Source: Candidatus Poribacteria bacterium
Lineage (GTDB): Bacteria; Poribacteria; WGA-4E; WGA-3G
Assembly (NCBI GenBank): GCA_965198235.1
Contig: OZ240248.1
Location: forward strand, 4,064,001 to 4,128,000
Direction: 5' to 3'
DNA length: 64,000 bases
In this document: piece by piece, positions 10,229 through 20,322 of the stretch
Layout of the letters: every line of letters begins with the position of its first letter
Numbering within the stretch: the first letter of the stretch is position 1
Program-made: the position numbers and the translations under genes
The notes under the pieces: model-generated
Database searches by the model: none
What the model was told of the DNA's origin: nothing
Seen by the model: the letters and a program-made list of their open reading frames with translations, nothing else

Positions 10229-11421
10229 ATTTTCGCTTTAATCCCCATTAGGCGTTCGACGGCTTCGGCGAGGATGTCGTCCGCCATACTAAACATGAAC
10301 CGAAATTTCGTCCTACCGAGGTGTGGACGACTGTAGAAACTCGATCCCGGCACACCGCCTACCCCGATTTCCTTCACCAACCAGTGGGCAAAGGCTGTAT
10401 CATCAGGAAACCCAAAATCGGTGATGTCGGTCATGATGTAATACGCGCCCTCCGGCTCATGACAGTGGAACCCGGCTTTCGTGAGGTTATCAACGAGATA
10501 TTTACGATTCTTGTCATATTTCGCGACCAAGGTTGCATGGTAACTCGGCGGCAAATTGAGCGCAACGACTCCAGCACGCTGCAGTGGATGCGGTGCACCG
10601 ACTGTCAGGAAGTCATGCATTTTGCGGATGGCATCGGTCAAAGTCTCCGGTGCGATGACATAACCTAATCGCCAGCCCGTCATAGAATATGCCTTGCTCA
10701 ATCCCGACACGGTGATCGTCCGATCCCGCATTTGCGGCAGTGAACCGATACTGAGATGGGATTTATCATCATAGATCATGTGCTCGTATATTTCATCGGT
10801 GATAGCGAGGCAGTCGTATTCACAGCAAAGGTTAGCAATCTCTTGAAGCTCGTCTTGGGTAAAAACCTTGCCGAGTGGGTTATTCGGGGTGTTTATGACG
10901 ATCGCTTTTGTGTTGGCAGAGAAGGCATCTCGGAGTTCGGTTGCGTCGTAGGTAAAACGGATAGGGTTTCCGTCAGATGCGGGTGTCTCCTGCAATGCCA
11001 CATAGACGGGTTTTGCACCAGAAATGATGGTATCCGGTCCGTAGTTCTCATAAAAGGGTTCAAAAATAATAATCTCGTCGTCGGGATTGATGATTGCGAG
11101 AAGCGAGGAGAGCATGCCTTCGGTTGAGCCGCAGGTGACAGTCACGTTTCTGTCAGGATCGGTAGGAATGCAGTTGAACGTCGTCATTTTATGAGCGATT
11201 GCTTCACGAAACGCCGGTGCTCCCCAAGTGATGCTGTACTGATTATATCCTTCTTGAATTGCTTCAATCGCTGCGGTTTTGACTTCGGGAGGGGGTTGAT
11301 ATGCTGGTGTGCCTTGGGAGAGATTGATTGCATCATAGCGCAGGCAGAGCTGCGTCATGCCGCGGATGACGGATTCGGTGAAACGGGTGGATTTGTCTGA
11401 AAGTTTAGATTGAACGGAAAT
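10225..11421 (-). CDS. Class I/II PLP-dependent aminotransferase (YbdL/kynurenine-aminotransferase-like)
   Basis: INLSQG, NTPNNPLG, DEIYEH, SGLSKAYSMTGWRLGY. Family-like RFTESVIR lies upstream of ATG 11358; probable ATT start at 11421. Confidence 0.9.
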   Translation of the reverse strand: MSVQSKLSDKSTRFTESVIRGMTQLCLRYDAINLSQGTPAYQPPPEVKTAAIEAIQEGYNQYSITWGAPAFREAIAHKMTTFNCIPTDPDRNVTVTCGSTEGMLSSLLAIINPDDEIIIFEPFYENYGPDTIISGAKPVYVALQETPASDGNPIRFTYDATELRDAFSANTKAIVINTPNNPLGKVFTQDELQEIANLCCEYDCLAITDEIYEHMIYDDKSHLSIGSLPQMRDRTITVSGLSKAYSMTGWRLGYVIAPETLTDAIRKMHDFLTVGAPHPLQRAGVVALNLPPSYHATLVAKYDKNRKYLVDNLTKAGFHCHEPEGAYYIMTDITDFGFPDDTAFAHWLVKEIGVGGVPGSSFYSRPHLGRTKFRFMFSMADDILAEAVERLMGIKAKI

Positions 11422-11605
11422 TTTGGATACCTCTTTTTAATTTTACCTTGCGGTTAAACGACATGGTTTGGGGATCGATCGTTCTCCGCTCAAGAGCCTC
11501 CCTCCACTTCGTTACGGGCTAAGTTTTTGGTGGAACGGATTTGATTTTTTTTCATCAGCAACGGCACACGTCTCACCTTCATCAATATTAATGCACTATT
11601 AACAC

Positions 11606-12156
11606 CTATTCTTCGGTTTTATAACTCAAAATGATACCGTCATCTAAAGGAATGTCAACAGAGTGTAGTAGTGGGGTGCTAAAGACGAATTCGACATAGT
11701 CGGGCATTTCATCGCGCATTGTTACGGTGTCATCAGCGACAATCAGACCCCCAGGACGGATGTTAGGCAACGCCAATTCGAGATAACGTCGATACTCATT
11801 TTTCTCCGCATCAAGGAATACAAGATCAAAGGTAGCATCGCATTTCGGTATTTCGTCAAGTGCGTTCCCGATGCGGACATCAACAATGCTGTCTAACCCG
11901 ACTTCCTGAAGATGTGCCTGTGCTTCTTCTGCTCGTTTCCGATCAAACTCAAGGGTAATGAGCCTACCCCCTGTCTCCTTCAACGCGGCAGCGAGCCAGA
12001 TTGTGGAGTAGCCGTTGCTTGTCCCGACTTCGAGCACATTTCGCGCCTGAATGGAACGGATGAGGATGGAGAGCAATTGTCCATTTTCCGGCGCGATATT
12101 GGTATACTCTTTTGCTGTCTTCTCGAGGCGTTTTAAGACGGATTCGTAATTTCCAT
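11606..12156 (-). CDS. O-methyltransferase (Methyltransf_3/COMT-like); apparent 1-nt frameshift after the ATG
   Basis: VLEVGTSNGYS, FDLVFLDAEK, PGGLIVADD. ATG at 12156 is one base out of frame with NYESVLKRLEKT... Confidence 0.85.
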
Positions 12157-12185
12157 AGTGTCCGGTGTCTCGCGGGCTTTCAGAA

Positions 12186-12217
12186 AAGAAAGAGGCGACA
12201 AAAATTGCCGCCTCGTT
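12186..12217 (-). terminator. Rho-independent terminator after the LamG gene
   Basis: GAGGCGAC/GCCGCCTC stem with a T-rich tail on the minus strand, immediately past the stop at 12222. Confidence 0.55.
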
Positions 12218-12221
12218 TCAG

Positions 12222-13004
12222 TTAGCGAAGTTTCTTAATTTTGCCCCAAGACGTGGCGAGTTTATCTTTTGGATTCACAGCCAAAAACTCATCAGCCCCC
12301 ATCTCCATACTCTGTTCCATCTCGTCATCAGAGAGTACGCGATTCCAGAGCCGGACCTCGTCAACCATACCGGGCCACGCTTCACCAGCCCATGTGCCGA
12401 TCTGAACTCGGCTCGTAGCACCTGCAGGTGCGACAGGATTGTTAGAATCCTGCTCGTGCGTGACTTTGCCGTCCACGTAAATCTTGACTTTGCCTTTGTT
12501 GTCGCTCGTATGGGTATAGGACAGATAATACCATTTACCGGTATCAAGAGGGGTCTTGTTATCGTTGATGTCCAAGAATCCGCCACCGGCACCATTCGTC
12601 CAGACTTTGATGCCGTTTCCGGGGTTCATCCCATAGCCGAATCCGATGTGTCTTCCACCGCCACCCATGCGTGTGCCAAAAACGATAGCGTGTGCACTCG
12701 GCAGTCGGTCGAGATTAATCCATGCGGCTTGTGTGATTTCGTCTTCGATGTGGAAAGCCCCGTCGTCCTCAACAGCGACGAAATCGCTGGACGCACTGAA
12801 TTTAAGAGCCTTTCCGAATTTACCATCAACCCACTTGGCACCACCATTGAGTTCACCTTTAAAACCGTTTTCTGAAAAGCCCTCAACCTTATTGCCGGCA
12901 CCCTCATCAAGCGGCATGTACAGGACAAGCCCTTCCAGCAAATCGGCAGCGGCAAACGTGCTGCAAACCAGGGCGAGAATTAAAACAATAAACAGTTGTT
13001 TCAC
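12222..13004 (-). CDS. Secreted LamG-like jellyroll domain protein
   Basis: Signal peptide; GLVLYMPLDEG, WVDGKFGKAL, KIYVDG, GMVDEVRLWNRVLS; C-terminal AVNPKDKLATSWGKIK. Confidence 0.9.
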   Translation of the reverse strand: MKQLFIVLILALVCSTFAAADLLEGLVLYMPLDEGAGNKVEGFSENGFKGELNGGAKWVDGKFGKALKFSASSDFVAVEDDGAFHIEDEITQAAWINLDRLPSAHAIVFGTRMGGGGRHIGFGYGMNPGNGIKVWTNGAGGGFLDINDNKTPLDTGKWYYLSYTHTSDNKGKVKIYVDGKVTHEQDSNNPVAPAGATSRVQIGTWAGEAWPGMVDEVRLWNRVLSDDEMEQSMEMGADEFLAVNPKDKLATSWGKIKKLR

Positions 13005-13279
13005 GAGTTACCTCCATCAAATTCTTCAGGCTGGGAACTCCATGCTTCAGTATGGAGGGGAAAGCCTGTTCCTTTAATCAATTATTTTTTTGTAAATTGT
13101 GGTGTACATAAATGCACACCACAATCACAACGTGAGTTTGTAGGGTCCCGCCTTGGCTGACGATATGCTACAATCTCCAGTCTTTAGACTGGAGATACTG
13201 AAAATAGATAGTTATACGTATAATAATACCACAAAATGTAGCACCTGTCAAGGATGTTCCCATTATGAAGTAAACAGGT

Positions 13280-14116
13280 TTACTGGAATAACTGCCAACT
13301 TCTGCCGGGCAGGTCGGCGCGGAACACTTCTACATTCCCCCTGTCTGCCATCGTGACGTAACAGGTGTGTCCGTCTAGACCGCCGAAAGCGATATTTGAG
13401 CAGAGCTTACCCGTTAACGGCACTTCCAACAAAACCTCACCTGCGGGTGAGAGTTTCGCGACTGTGCCTTTGCCGTGCCGAGTGACGTAGAGATTGCCTT
13501 CAATATCGCACCGCATTCCGTCCATGTTGAAATCCGGGAACTGAATCAGGAGGCGTTTGTTGCTCACCTCCCCTTCAGGGGACAAGTCATAACCCCAGAT
13601 ATTACGTTGTACGGATTCGTTGACATAAAGCACCTTTTCATCGGGACTCACTTCGATACCATTTGTAGTGCCCATGTCTGCTTCCAGTAAGGTCATCTCT
13701 CCATCTGTATTCACTCTCCAGATTTGTCCGGTTGACGCGCCCCAATTCGGATCGCTCGCGTAGAGAATATCGTTCGCGCCAATAGCAAGATCGTTCGGCT
13801 GATTCATTGTCGGTTCATGGGCATGAACAGTGATGTTCCGTGTGTCCATATCCACCTTGAGAACATTGTGGTTCGTGTAGTCAGCGATGAACATAAAACC
13901 TTCGCTGTTGAAACGGATGCCATTGCCGATGCTACCGGTTGGAAGTTCGACAAAAACGCTGGCTATGCCATCGGGTGTCACCTTGCCGATAGTGTGTTGC
14001 CGCTCGTAGTTAACAGCGTATAGATTGCCTGCTGCGTCACAGGCGGGTCCCTCAATTCCTGATGTAAATCCGTTAGCAGGTGTAAATTCTTGACTGACAA
14101 AAAGCGCCTCGTTCAT
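13280..14116 (-). CDS. SMP-30/gluconolactonase/LRE family protein
   Basis: IEGPACD, QPNDL, TNGIEVSPDEK, DGMRCDIEGNLYV, SNIAFGG. Confidence 0.9.
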   Translation of the reverse strand: MNEALFVSQEFTPANGFTSGIEGPACDAAGNLYAVNYERQHTIGKVTPDGIASVFVELPTGSIGNGIRFNSEGFMFIADYTNHNVLKVDMDTRNITVHAHEPTMNQPNDLAIGANDILYASDPNWGASTGQIWRVNTDGEMTLLEADMGTTNGIEVSPDEKVLYVNESVQRNIWGYDLSPEGEVSNKRLLIQFPDFNMDGMRCDIEGNLYVTRHGKGTVAKLSPAGEVLLEVPLTGKLCSNIAFGGLDGHTCYVTMADRGNVEVFRADLPGRSWQLFQ

Positions 14117-14133
14117 TTTTTGATTCCTCGAAT

Positions 14134-15306
14134 TCAGTTTGCGGTGCAGAGCACAAACACACCGGTATAGGCATGCGCGAAGTTACGTCCACCGATCGGT
14201 GCGAACTCTGAATTCCCAAAAAATCCGATAACAGGAAGTCCCGGAAATTTCTCTTGGATAACACTAATGTCGTGATTTGCCGCGCCATATAGTCCTTTAC
14301 CACGACCTAAGCAGTTAAAATAGAGTCCGAATGCGGGTGGATGTTGCCGTGTTTTCTCAGCTAATTGTGTGATAATCGCCTGAATTTCTTCTGCGGCGGC
14401 GTTTGGATTTCGCAGATGGAACTGCACCAATTGTCCTTCCGTTACCTCCTCAGATACAGCCAGTGCAGCATGCTGCTCATTGATACCGACAAGATTACGA
14501 ATCAGAAAATCACCCCGGATCGGATTTTTGTTTTCAGGATCCATTGCGATTCCGACAAAAACCGTGCCGCCTGACCGCCGAATATCGTCTTGGGTTAGCA
14601 GTTGCAACGTCCCTTTAAAGTTTTCCAATGCGGGTTCACCATCCAATTCAAAAATAACGCGCCCCTCCGCTCTCGTGATCTTGCGCGGTTTACCGATGGG
14701 TTGACATCCTTGTGCAACGCCGATCTCCGTATTGAAATCACCAGTTAAGAGGATACCCGTCAATCCTCCTTCTGTTGCCTCTTCTCCTTGCCAATGATAC
14801 ATCTGTGCCCCTGTTGCATCGCCAGAAACAGCGGCACCCACGACAGGCAGCGCGGTCCCATCGCTACCAATATGTTCCACGAGTTCTGCTGGGTTCACCG
14901 CTCGAACATCCGGGAAGATTACGAGAAGTGAGTCATCACCGAGTTCAGACTGAATGTCTTTTTGTATCTGCTCGCTCACTTCAGATGCCGTGCCTCGCGC
15001 ACTGAACGATACCGCCGAAAGTTGCTCACTACGGATAACCATTACTGCGAGAGCCGGTTCTTCCTCAAACTCTCCTGCTGAAGTCAGGACGCTCATCCCA
15101 CTACACCCGATGAGTTCATCACAATTGGAGTTAGATTGAACCGCTTGGTACAAGTCCTCATATTCTGTCTGATAGTTGATGGTTGCGAATACGATGGCGA
15201 GATCGGCTTTAGCGATACCTGCGTTCCCCATTGCCATCAGCGTTGCGCGCTCCGCTGCTTCCACAGTTGAGAGGCTTTGGGAATGTCCCACACCTACATG
15301 AATCAT
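14134..15306 (-). CDS. FIST-domain sensory protein
   Basis: LIGCSG, VAQGCQPIG, ELDGEPA, FLIRNL, YFNCLGRG, GFFGNSEFAP. Confidence 0.9.
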   Translation of the reverse strand: MIHVGVGHSQSLSTVEAAERATLMAMGNAGIAKADLAIVFATINYQTEYEDLYQAVQSNSNCDELIGCSGMSVLTSAGEFEEEPALAVMVIRSEQLSAVSFSARGTASEVSEQIQKDIQSELGDDSLLVIFPDVRAVNPAELVEHIGSDGTALPVVGAAVSGDATGAQMYHWQGEEATEGGLTGILLTGDFNTEIGVAQGCQPIGKPRKITRAEGRVIFELDGEPALENFKGTLQLLTQDDIRRSGGTVFVGIAMDPENKNPIRGDFLIRNLVGINEQHAALAVSEEVTEGQLVQFHLRNPNAAAEEIQAIITQLAEKTRQHPPAFGLYFNCLGRGKGLYGAANHDISVIQEKFPGLPVIGFFGNSEFAPIGGRNFAHAYTGVFVLCTAN

Positions 15307-15584
15307 CTTTCTCACCTACCTTTTTGCGATAATAATACAGTATCCACGAGAAAAGGTCAACAATTACTCCCCGAAAAAACAGTGCCTGAAAACAGAGATA
15401 TATGGTATACTCATTATATAGCATACCATAGTAGAGTACGCTGAAGTATTTGGTTCTCATTTATATTCAGCAGTCTGCTGTTCAGAATGAAGCGTCCTGA
15501 CTCGTCGCCCGTCCTACCGGAGAACCGAATAATTCTGTGATACCACATTGAGTCAAGAGAAGCGTAAATTGGAGGAACAGGGAT

Positions 15585-16418
15585 TTGTCAGCCGAACTCC
15601 TTAATGGCAATCGTCTTGCGAAGCGCGTCCGGAACCAGATCCGGCGAAAAATAAAAAAACTCACATTCACACCAGGCCTCGCTGTTGTTCAAGTAGGCGA
15701 TGATCCTGCATCAACGCTCTATATCAAACACAAACAACGTGATTGTGAAAAGGTGCATTTCCACTCCGAAGTCCATCGCTTACCAGCAGATATTAACCAA
15801 GACACCCTGATTGAGCACGTTGAAGCCTTAAATGAGCGAACGGATATCCATGGCATACTGGTGCAAATGCCGCTACCAGAGGACATAGATAAAGAGGCAG
15901 TCATTGACAAAATTACCCCACATAAAGATGCAGACGGGCTGAATCCAGTCAATTTAGGGAATCTCCTCATCAACCGCGAGGGTGTGACACCTTGTACGCC
16001 GACAGGAATTATCCGCCTGATTGAACTGACAGGTGAACAGATTGAGGGCACACATGCCGTCTGTATCGGTAGAAGTCCGCTGGTCGGCAAATCTGTTGGG
16101 ATGATGCTCCTGAATCGAAATGCTACCGTTACTTATTGCCATTCCCGTACGGTAGACTTGACGGTGGAGGCACAGAAAGCAGATATCCTCGTCGCCGCTG
16201 TCGGTAAGCCGGAGTTTGTAACTGCGGACATGGTGAAGTCCGGTGCTATCGTCATTGATGTCGGTATTAACTATGTCAATGGACATGCTGTCGGGGATGT
16301 TAAATTTGAGGAAGTTAAAGAGGTAGCTGGATTTATTACCCCTGTCCCGGGCGGTGTTGGTCCTATGACACGTGCAATGTTATTAGAAAATACTTTGAAA
16401 TTAGCGATTGGAGGCTAA
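15585..16418 (+). CDS. folD: Methylenetetrahydrofolate dehydrogenase/cyclohydrolase
   Basis: HGILVQMPLP, KDADG, PCTP, GRSPLVGK, IDVGIN, TPVPGGVGPMT; TTG start after GGAGG. Confidence 0.97.
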   Translation: MSAELLNGNRLAKRVRNQIRRKIKKLTFTPGLAVVQVGDDPASTLYIKHKQRDCEKVHFHSEVHRLPADINQDTLIEHVEALNERTDIHGILVQMPLPEDIDKEAVIDKITPHKDADGLNPVNLGNLLINREGVTPCTPTGIIRLIELTGEQIEGTHAVCIGRSPLVGKSVGMMLLNRNATVTYCHSRTVDLTVEAQKADILVAAVGKPEFVTADMVKSGAIVIDVGINYVNGHAVGDVKFEEVKEVAGFITPVPGGVGPMTRAMLLENTLKLAIGG

Positions 16419-16421
16419 AAT

Positions 16422-17186
16422 ATGGCGTTTCCAGGATTTGAATTGAAAGATAAGGTAATGTTAATCACAGGTTCCGGCAAAGGCATCGGCAGGGGGATTG
16501 CGCTCGCCGCCGCACAGATGGGTGCGAGAGTCATCTTGAACAGCCGTACCCCGTCTGATCTTGAGGAGGTTGCGAGCGAGATCCGTGCGAACGGAGGTGA
16601 AGCGGAGTCGGTTGTGTTTGACGTTAGCGATATGGCGCAGGTTGCGATAGGGGCTCAAGCGGCACTTGATGTATGGGGTAGAGTAGATATCCTCGTCAAC
16701 AACGCAGGTACGAACCGTCCGAAACCCGCGCTTGAGTTAACCGAGGAGGATTGGGATGCGATCTATGATCTCAATCTTAAAGGACTGTTCTTCCTAACGC
16801 AGGCACTCGTGAAACCGATGATAGAGCGGGAAAACGGGAAGATTATCAATATTTCTTCGACGATGGGCTTGGTAGGCGGTCCATTGCGCACTGCCTATTC
16901 CGGGAGCAAAGGCGGGGTCGTTCTGTTAACCAAAGGGCTCGCTGTTGAATGGGCCCCTCATAACGTCACAGTGAACGCTGTCGCACCGGCGTTTACTCGG
17001 ACCCCGCTCGCCGATGTTCTTTTACAACGCAAGGAATTTTATGAAGACGTTGTCCGCCGTATCCCCATGGGACGTGTCGGTGAAGTGGACGAGGTTGTCG
17101 GCGCGGTACTGTTCTTAGCATCCGATGCGGCAAACTGGGTGACTGGGCAAACAATCGCCGTTGATGGTGGCTGGGTTGCTTGGTAG
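16422..17186 (+). CDS. Short-chain dehydrogenase/reductase (gluconate 5-dehydrogenase-like)
   Basis: TGSGKGIG, NNAG, YSGSK, VTGQTIAVDGG. Confidence 0.92.
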   Translation: MAFPGFELKDKVMLITGSGKGIGRGIALAAAQMGARVILNSRTPSDLEEVASEIRANGGEAESVVFDVSDMAQVAIGAQAALDVWGRVDILVNNAGTNRPKPALELTEEDWDAIYDLNLKGLFFLTQALVKPMIERENGKIINISSTMGLVGGPLRTAYSGSKGGVVLLTKGLAVEWAPHNVTVNAVAPAFTRTPLADVLLQRKEFYEDVVRRIPMGRVGEVDEVVGAVLFLASDAANWVTGQTIAVDGGWVAW

Positions 17187-17636
17187 TTTTCACAGTTCTC
17201 AAAATTGCAGGCGCGGTTCGAGCCGCGCCTATTTTCTGTACAACACACCCGAAAACACACTATCAGAAAAAAGGACGTGCGTATGGGACTCCGTAAAGAT
17301 TCAAAATTGTGCTATCACAGTGGTTCTACTGCTACCTAAACCCAGAGCCTCATGTAATCCTTTTGTGTAATGGAACATTTTGCAAGAAACAGCATGCAAA
17401 AAACGACTCCATTACACAATTTTTTTGATACCATATACTACAATTTTTGCGTTATATACCACAATTTTCGCACATCCACAGTGGGAAGCAGACTTCGATC
17501 GCTCTCACAGGCGATATTTTTTGAAAAACGAATGCTTTCATGAAGTCAGTGAGCATCTGTATTTTCGGAGAATGCTCATGAAAAACCGCTGAAATTTAAG
17601 CAATTTCGATAGAAATTGTTGGCTCTTTTAAAGGAA

Positions 17637-17653
17637 CTGGCACGAAACTTGCC
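17637..17653 (+). promoter_or_regulatory. Sigma-54 (-24/-12) promoter
   Basis: CTGGCACGAAACTTGC matches the TGGCAC-N5-TTGC consensus; lies upstream of the SpoIVB-like gene. Confidence 0.7.
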
Positions 17654-17969
17654 TAAAATCGCAGCATGCTGCGATTTTAATTTCAATAGATTTGTTAATT
17701 GAAATCCACTAACCCAACATAATCACAGTTATGCGGTCACAAGACTGCATGTATTGGATATGAACAATCGGAATGATTGAACATTTCGTTTTACTTTTGT
17801 CCGATGCTATAGACATGTTGCTCCGCTGGAGCAAAAGTATACGTTTTGGATGTTGTATTATATCTCACTTTCGTTCAATCGAACCTACACGATGAACCAA
17901 TTTCTTATATCGAACTCACGTTAAAATAACAAAAACAGATAGAGGAAACTCTATTCTGGAGGAATATAA

Positions 17970-20126
17970 ATGAAAACGTTTTTTGTACTGGCAGGTATTG
18001 CTATTGTGGTGCTCTGTCAATTGAGCTGCTCTCCCGATGAAGAACAGACACAACTTGAAAATCCCGTGGCAGGAGACCTAATAACCGGGTTCAGTGCCGC
18101 ACCGCTCTTAGGCGATGTTGTTTTAGAAAACATGTATGAAGATGAAGCGCGGAAACTAACAGATAAAACACCCGTTCAAATCGTTACAGTGCTTGAGGGA
18201 ACGAGCAGAGTCGTGCTTCAGGCTCGGTTCCGGGGCGTTCGGGATTTCGGTTTCGGATTTCCGCTTTACGAGTGCGAACTGATGGACGAATCGGCTGAGG
18301 CTATGGGCGGCATCGCACAAGGGATGTCAGGGAGCCCTGTTGGTCCTCCGGGACGTATCATGGGCGCGCTTGCCTACGGTGACGGCTTCTCAACAGCACC
18401 GACCCGGTTCTGGGTTACATCTATTGATGCGATGGAGGCTGCAATCGATCACCAAACGTTTGGTGAACTCCTTGCGCAAGAGGCTGCCCCTGCTGCCCCC
18501 GCTGCCGGGATCAATGCGACTTACACGCCCGTTAAAACACCTGTGATGATTACCGGAATACAATCACACAGAATTCAAGAACTTTCTTCGTATCTGGCTA
18601 ACTCACGATACAATTTCGTTGAACTCTTTGCTGACATCGGTGGCGCGCCTGGTGCACCTCCGGTAGGGGCTTCACCGACACTCGCACCGGGGGATATGAT
18701 TGGTGCTGCTATAGCAACAGGCGACATCGCCAACGCAATAGGTCTTGGAACCGTCACACAAGTTTATGATAATAAATTTGTAGCGTTCGGGCATCCAATG
18801 TTTGGCAATGGGAAGTCCGCATTACCGGTATATAGAGCCGTTGTCAATGGTATCGTTCCGAACCTTATGATATCCTATAAATCTGCCTCCGCTTACGGTA
18901 ATCCAATCGGGACGATAACAAAAGACCTCACACCAGCGATCGTTGGTGAACTTGGTGCGCCGCCACCAATGATTCCTGTCAAGACCTCTTACCATCCGGC
19001 TAACAGTCCAACAGCGATAGAAAAACACCATCGCGTGGCGTATGGGCAAGAGTGGTATATTCCGCTTGTTGCTGCGATCACTATGGATGCCCTTCGGATG
19101 GAATTAAGCAATGCTACAGTGGACGGCACTGTTACACTCCAGTTTCAGGAAACCGATACCGTCTATACTGAACCATTCAGGAGTGCTTCTCCGGTCCCAT
19201 TCCTGGATGTACTGATAAACGTCGATCGGATTGTTCAGTCTTTTAGCAATACGCTTACAAACAGCGCAGGAAAAGCGACATTGAAAGCGGTATCCATCTC
19301 TATCACAGACAAACCGCAAATCACGAAAGCGGAGGTCGCAGAAGTTATTGCGCCTGAAGAGATTCTACCGGGTGAGAGTGTTACTGTCTCAGTCGTTCTT
19401 GTTCCGCACTGGAGCACCGCTGGAGACGAACGGACGATTCAGCGAGAGGTCACCCTTGAGGTACCTGAAGATTTCCCTGCCGGTGAAGCAAACATCAACG
19501 TTTCTGGAAGTGCGTTAGACTTTTTCTTCCCGGGGGAACTTGGACCACCGCCTGGTGCCATCTTAGATTTCGGATTTGGCGGATTCGGTGACGAAGAGGA
19601 GAGACCCGTACCCAAAAACCTCGACGAACTCATCAAACAGATGGAAGAGGATCAGGTGGATCCGGGTTTAATCACGGTAACTCTAACGCCATCCGGTCCT
19701 GGCGGTGGTTTCCCACCACTACCACCAGGTCTGTTACCACCAGAGGGTCTCTTACCTCCCGAAGGGATTTTACCACCAGAGGATGGTGAAATGCCAGAAG
19801 ACGGTGAGGAGGATGATAATGGTGATGACGAAATGCCAGAAGACGGTGAAGAGGATGATAATGGCGATGACGACGGAGGGGACGACGGTGAAATACCAGG
19901 AGACTTCCCATTGCCCGAAGGTTTCCCACCGTTAGACGGACTTCCGTTTCCAGAAGACATTGGACCACCACCGACTGTTGAGGCAGAACTCACTATCGAT
20001 GGTTTTATTGTAACGGGTTCCAGAGATACAACAGTTACGATAAAAGGCGAAGACATGGGTGATGGCATGATGCCAGCAGAAGCGGAACAACCCATGGAAC
20101 CTGCGGAACCCGTAGAAGAGGAATAA
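17970..20126 (+). CDS. SpoIVB peptidase S55-domain lipoprotein with acidic/proline-rich tail
   Basis: Lipobox LSC; GIAQGMSGSPV...GRIMGALAYG; AFGHPM; low-complexity C-terminus. Confidence 0.85.
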   Translation: MKTFFVLAGIAIVVLCQLSCSPDEEQTQLENPVAGDLITGFSAAPLLGDVVLENMYEDEARKLTDKTPVQIVTVLEGTSRVVLQARFRGVRDFGFGFPLYECELMDESAEAMGGIAQGMSGSPVGPPGRIMGALAYGDGFSTAPTRFWVTSIDAMEAAIDHQTFGELLAQEAAPAAPAAGINATYTPVKTPVMITGIQSHRIQELSSYLANSRYNFVELFADIGGAPGAPPVGASPTLAPGDMIGAAIATGDIANAIGLGTVTQVYDNKFVAFGHPMFGNGKSALPVYRAVVNGIVPNLMISYKSASAYGNPIGTITKDLTPAIVGELGAPPPMIPVKTSYHPANSPTAIEKHHRVAYGQEWYIPLVAAITMDALRMELSNATVDGTVTLQFQETDTVYTEPFRSASPVPFLDVLINVDRIVQSFSNTLTNSAGKATLKAVSISITDKPQITKAEVAEVIAPEEILPGESVTVSVVLVPHWSTAGDERTIQREVTLEVPEDFPAGEANINVSGSALDFFFPGELGPPPGAILDFGFGGFGDEEERPVPKNLDELIKQMEEDQVDPGLITVTLTPSGPGGGFPPLPPGLLPPEGLLPPEGILPPEDGEMPEDGEEDDNGDDEMPEDGEEDDNGDDDGGDDGEIPGDFPLPEGFPPLDGLPFPEDIGPPPTVEAELTIDGFIVTGSRDTTVTIKGEDMGDGMMPAEAEQPMEPAEPVEEE

Positions 20127-20322
20127 TTCCGAAGTAAGCGCGATCCTCGATCGCCATACATACATTTTCTGGATAGGTTTCTGTACTTATCCAGAAAATC
20201 GTGTTGTCCTTGATGTCAAGTATAAATGAGGCATCCATGCAATATAATCTCTTAGAAATGGTATAAGCACACAACCGGAAGGGGTCGTTTATGTGTTCAC
20301 GTGCTATGTGCGACTACCCACT

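Noticed and set aside
12165-12875. 236-aa plus-strand ORF and many similar shadow ORFs (e.g. 19652-20161, 25305-25811, 37736-38239)
   Set aside because: Antisense to well-supported genes, with no recognisable motifs.
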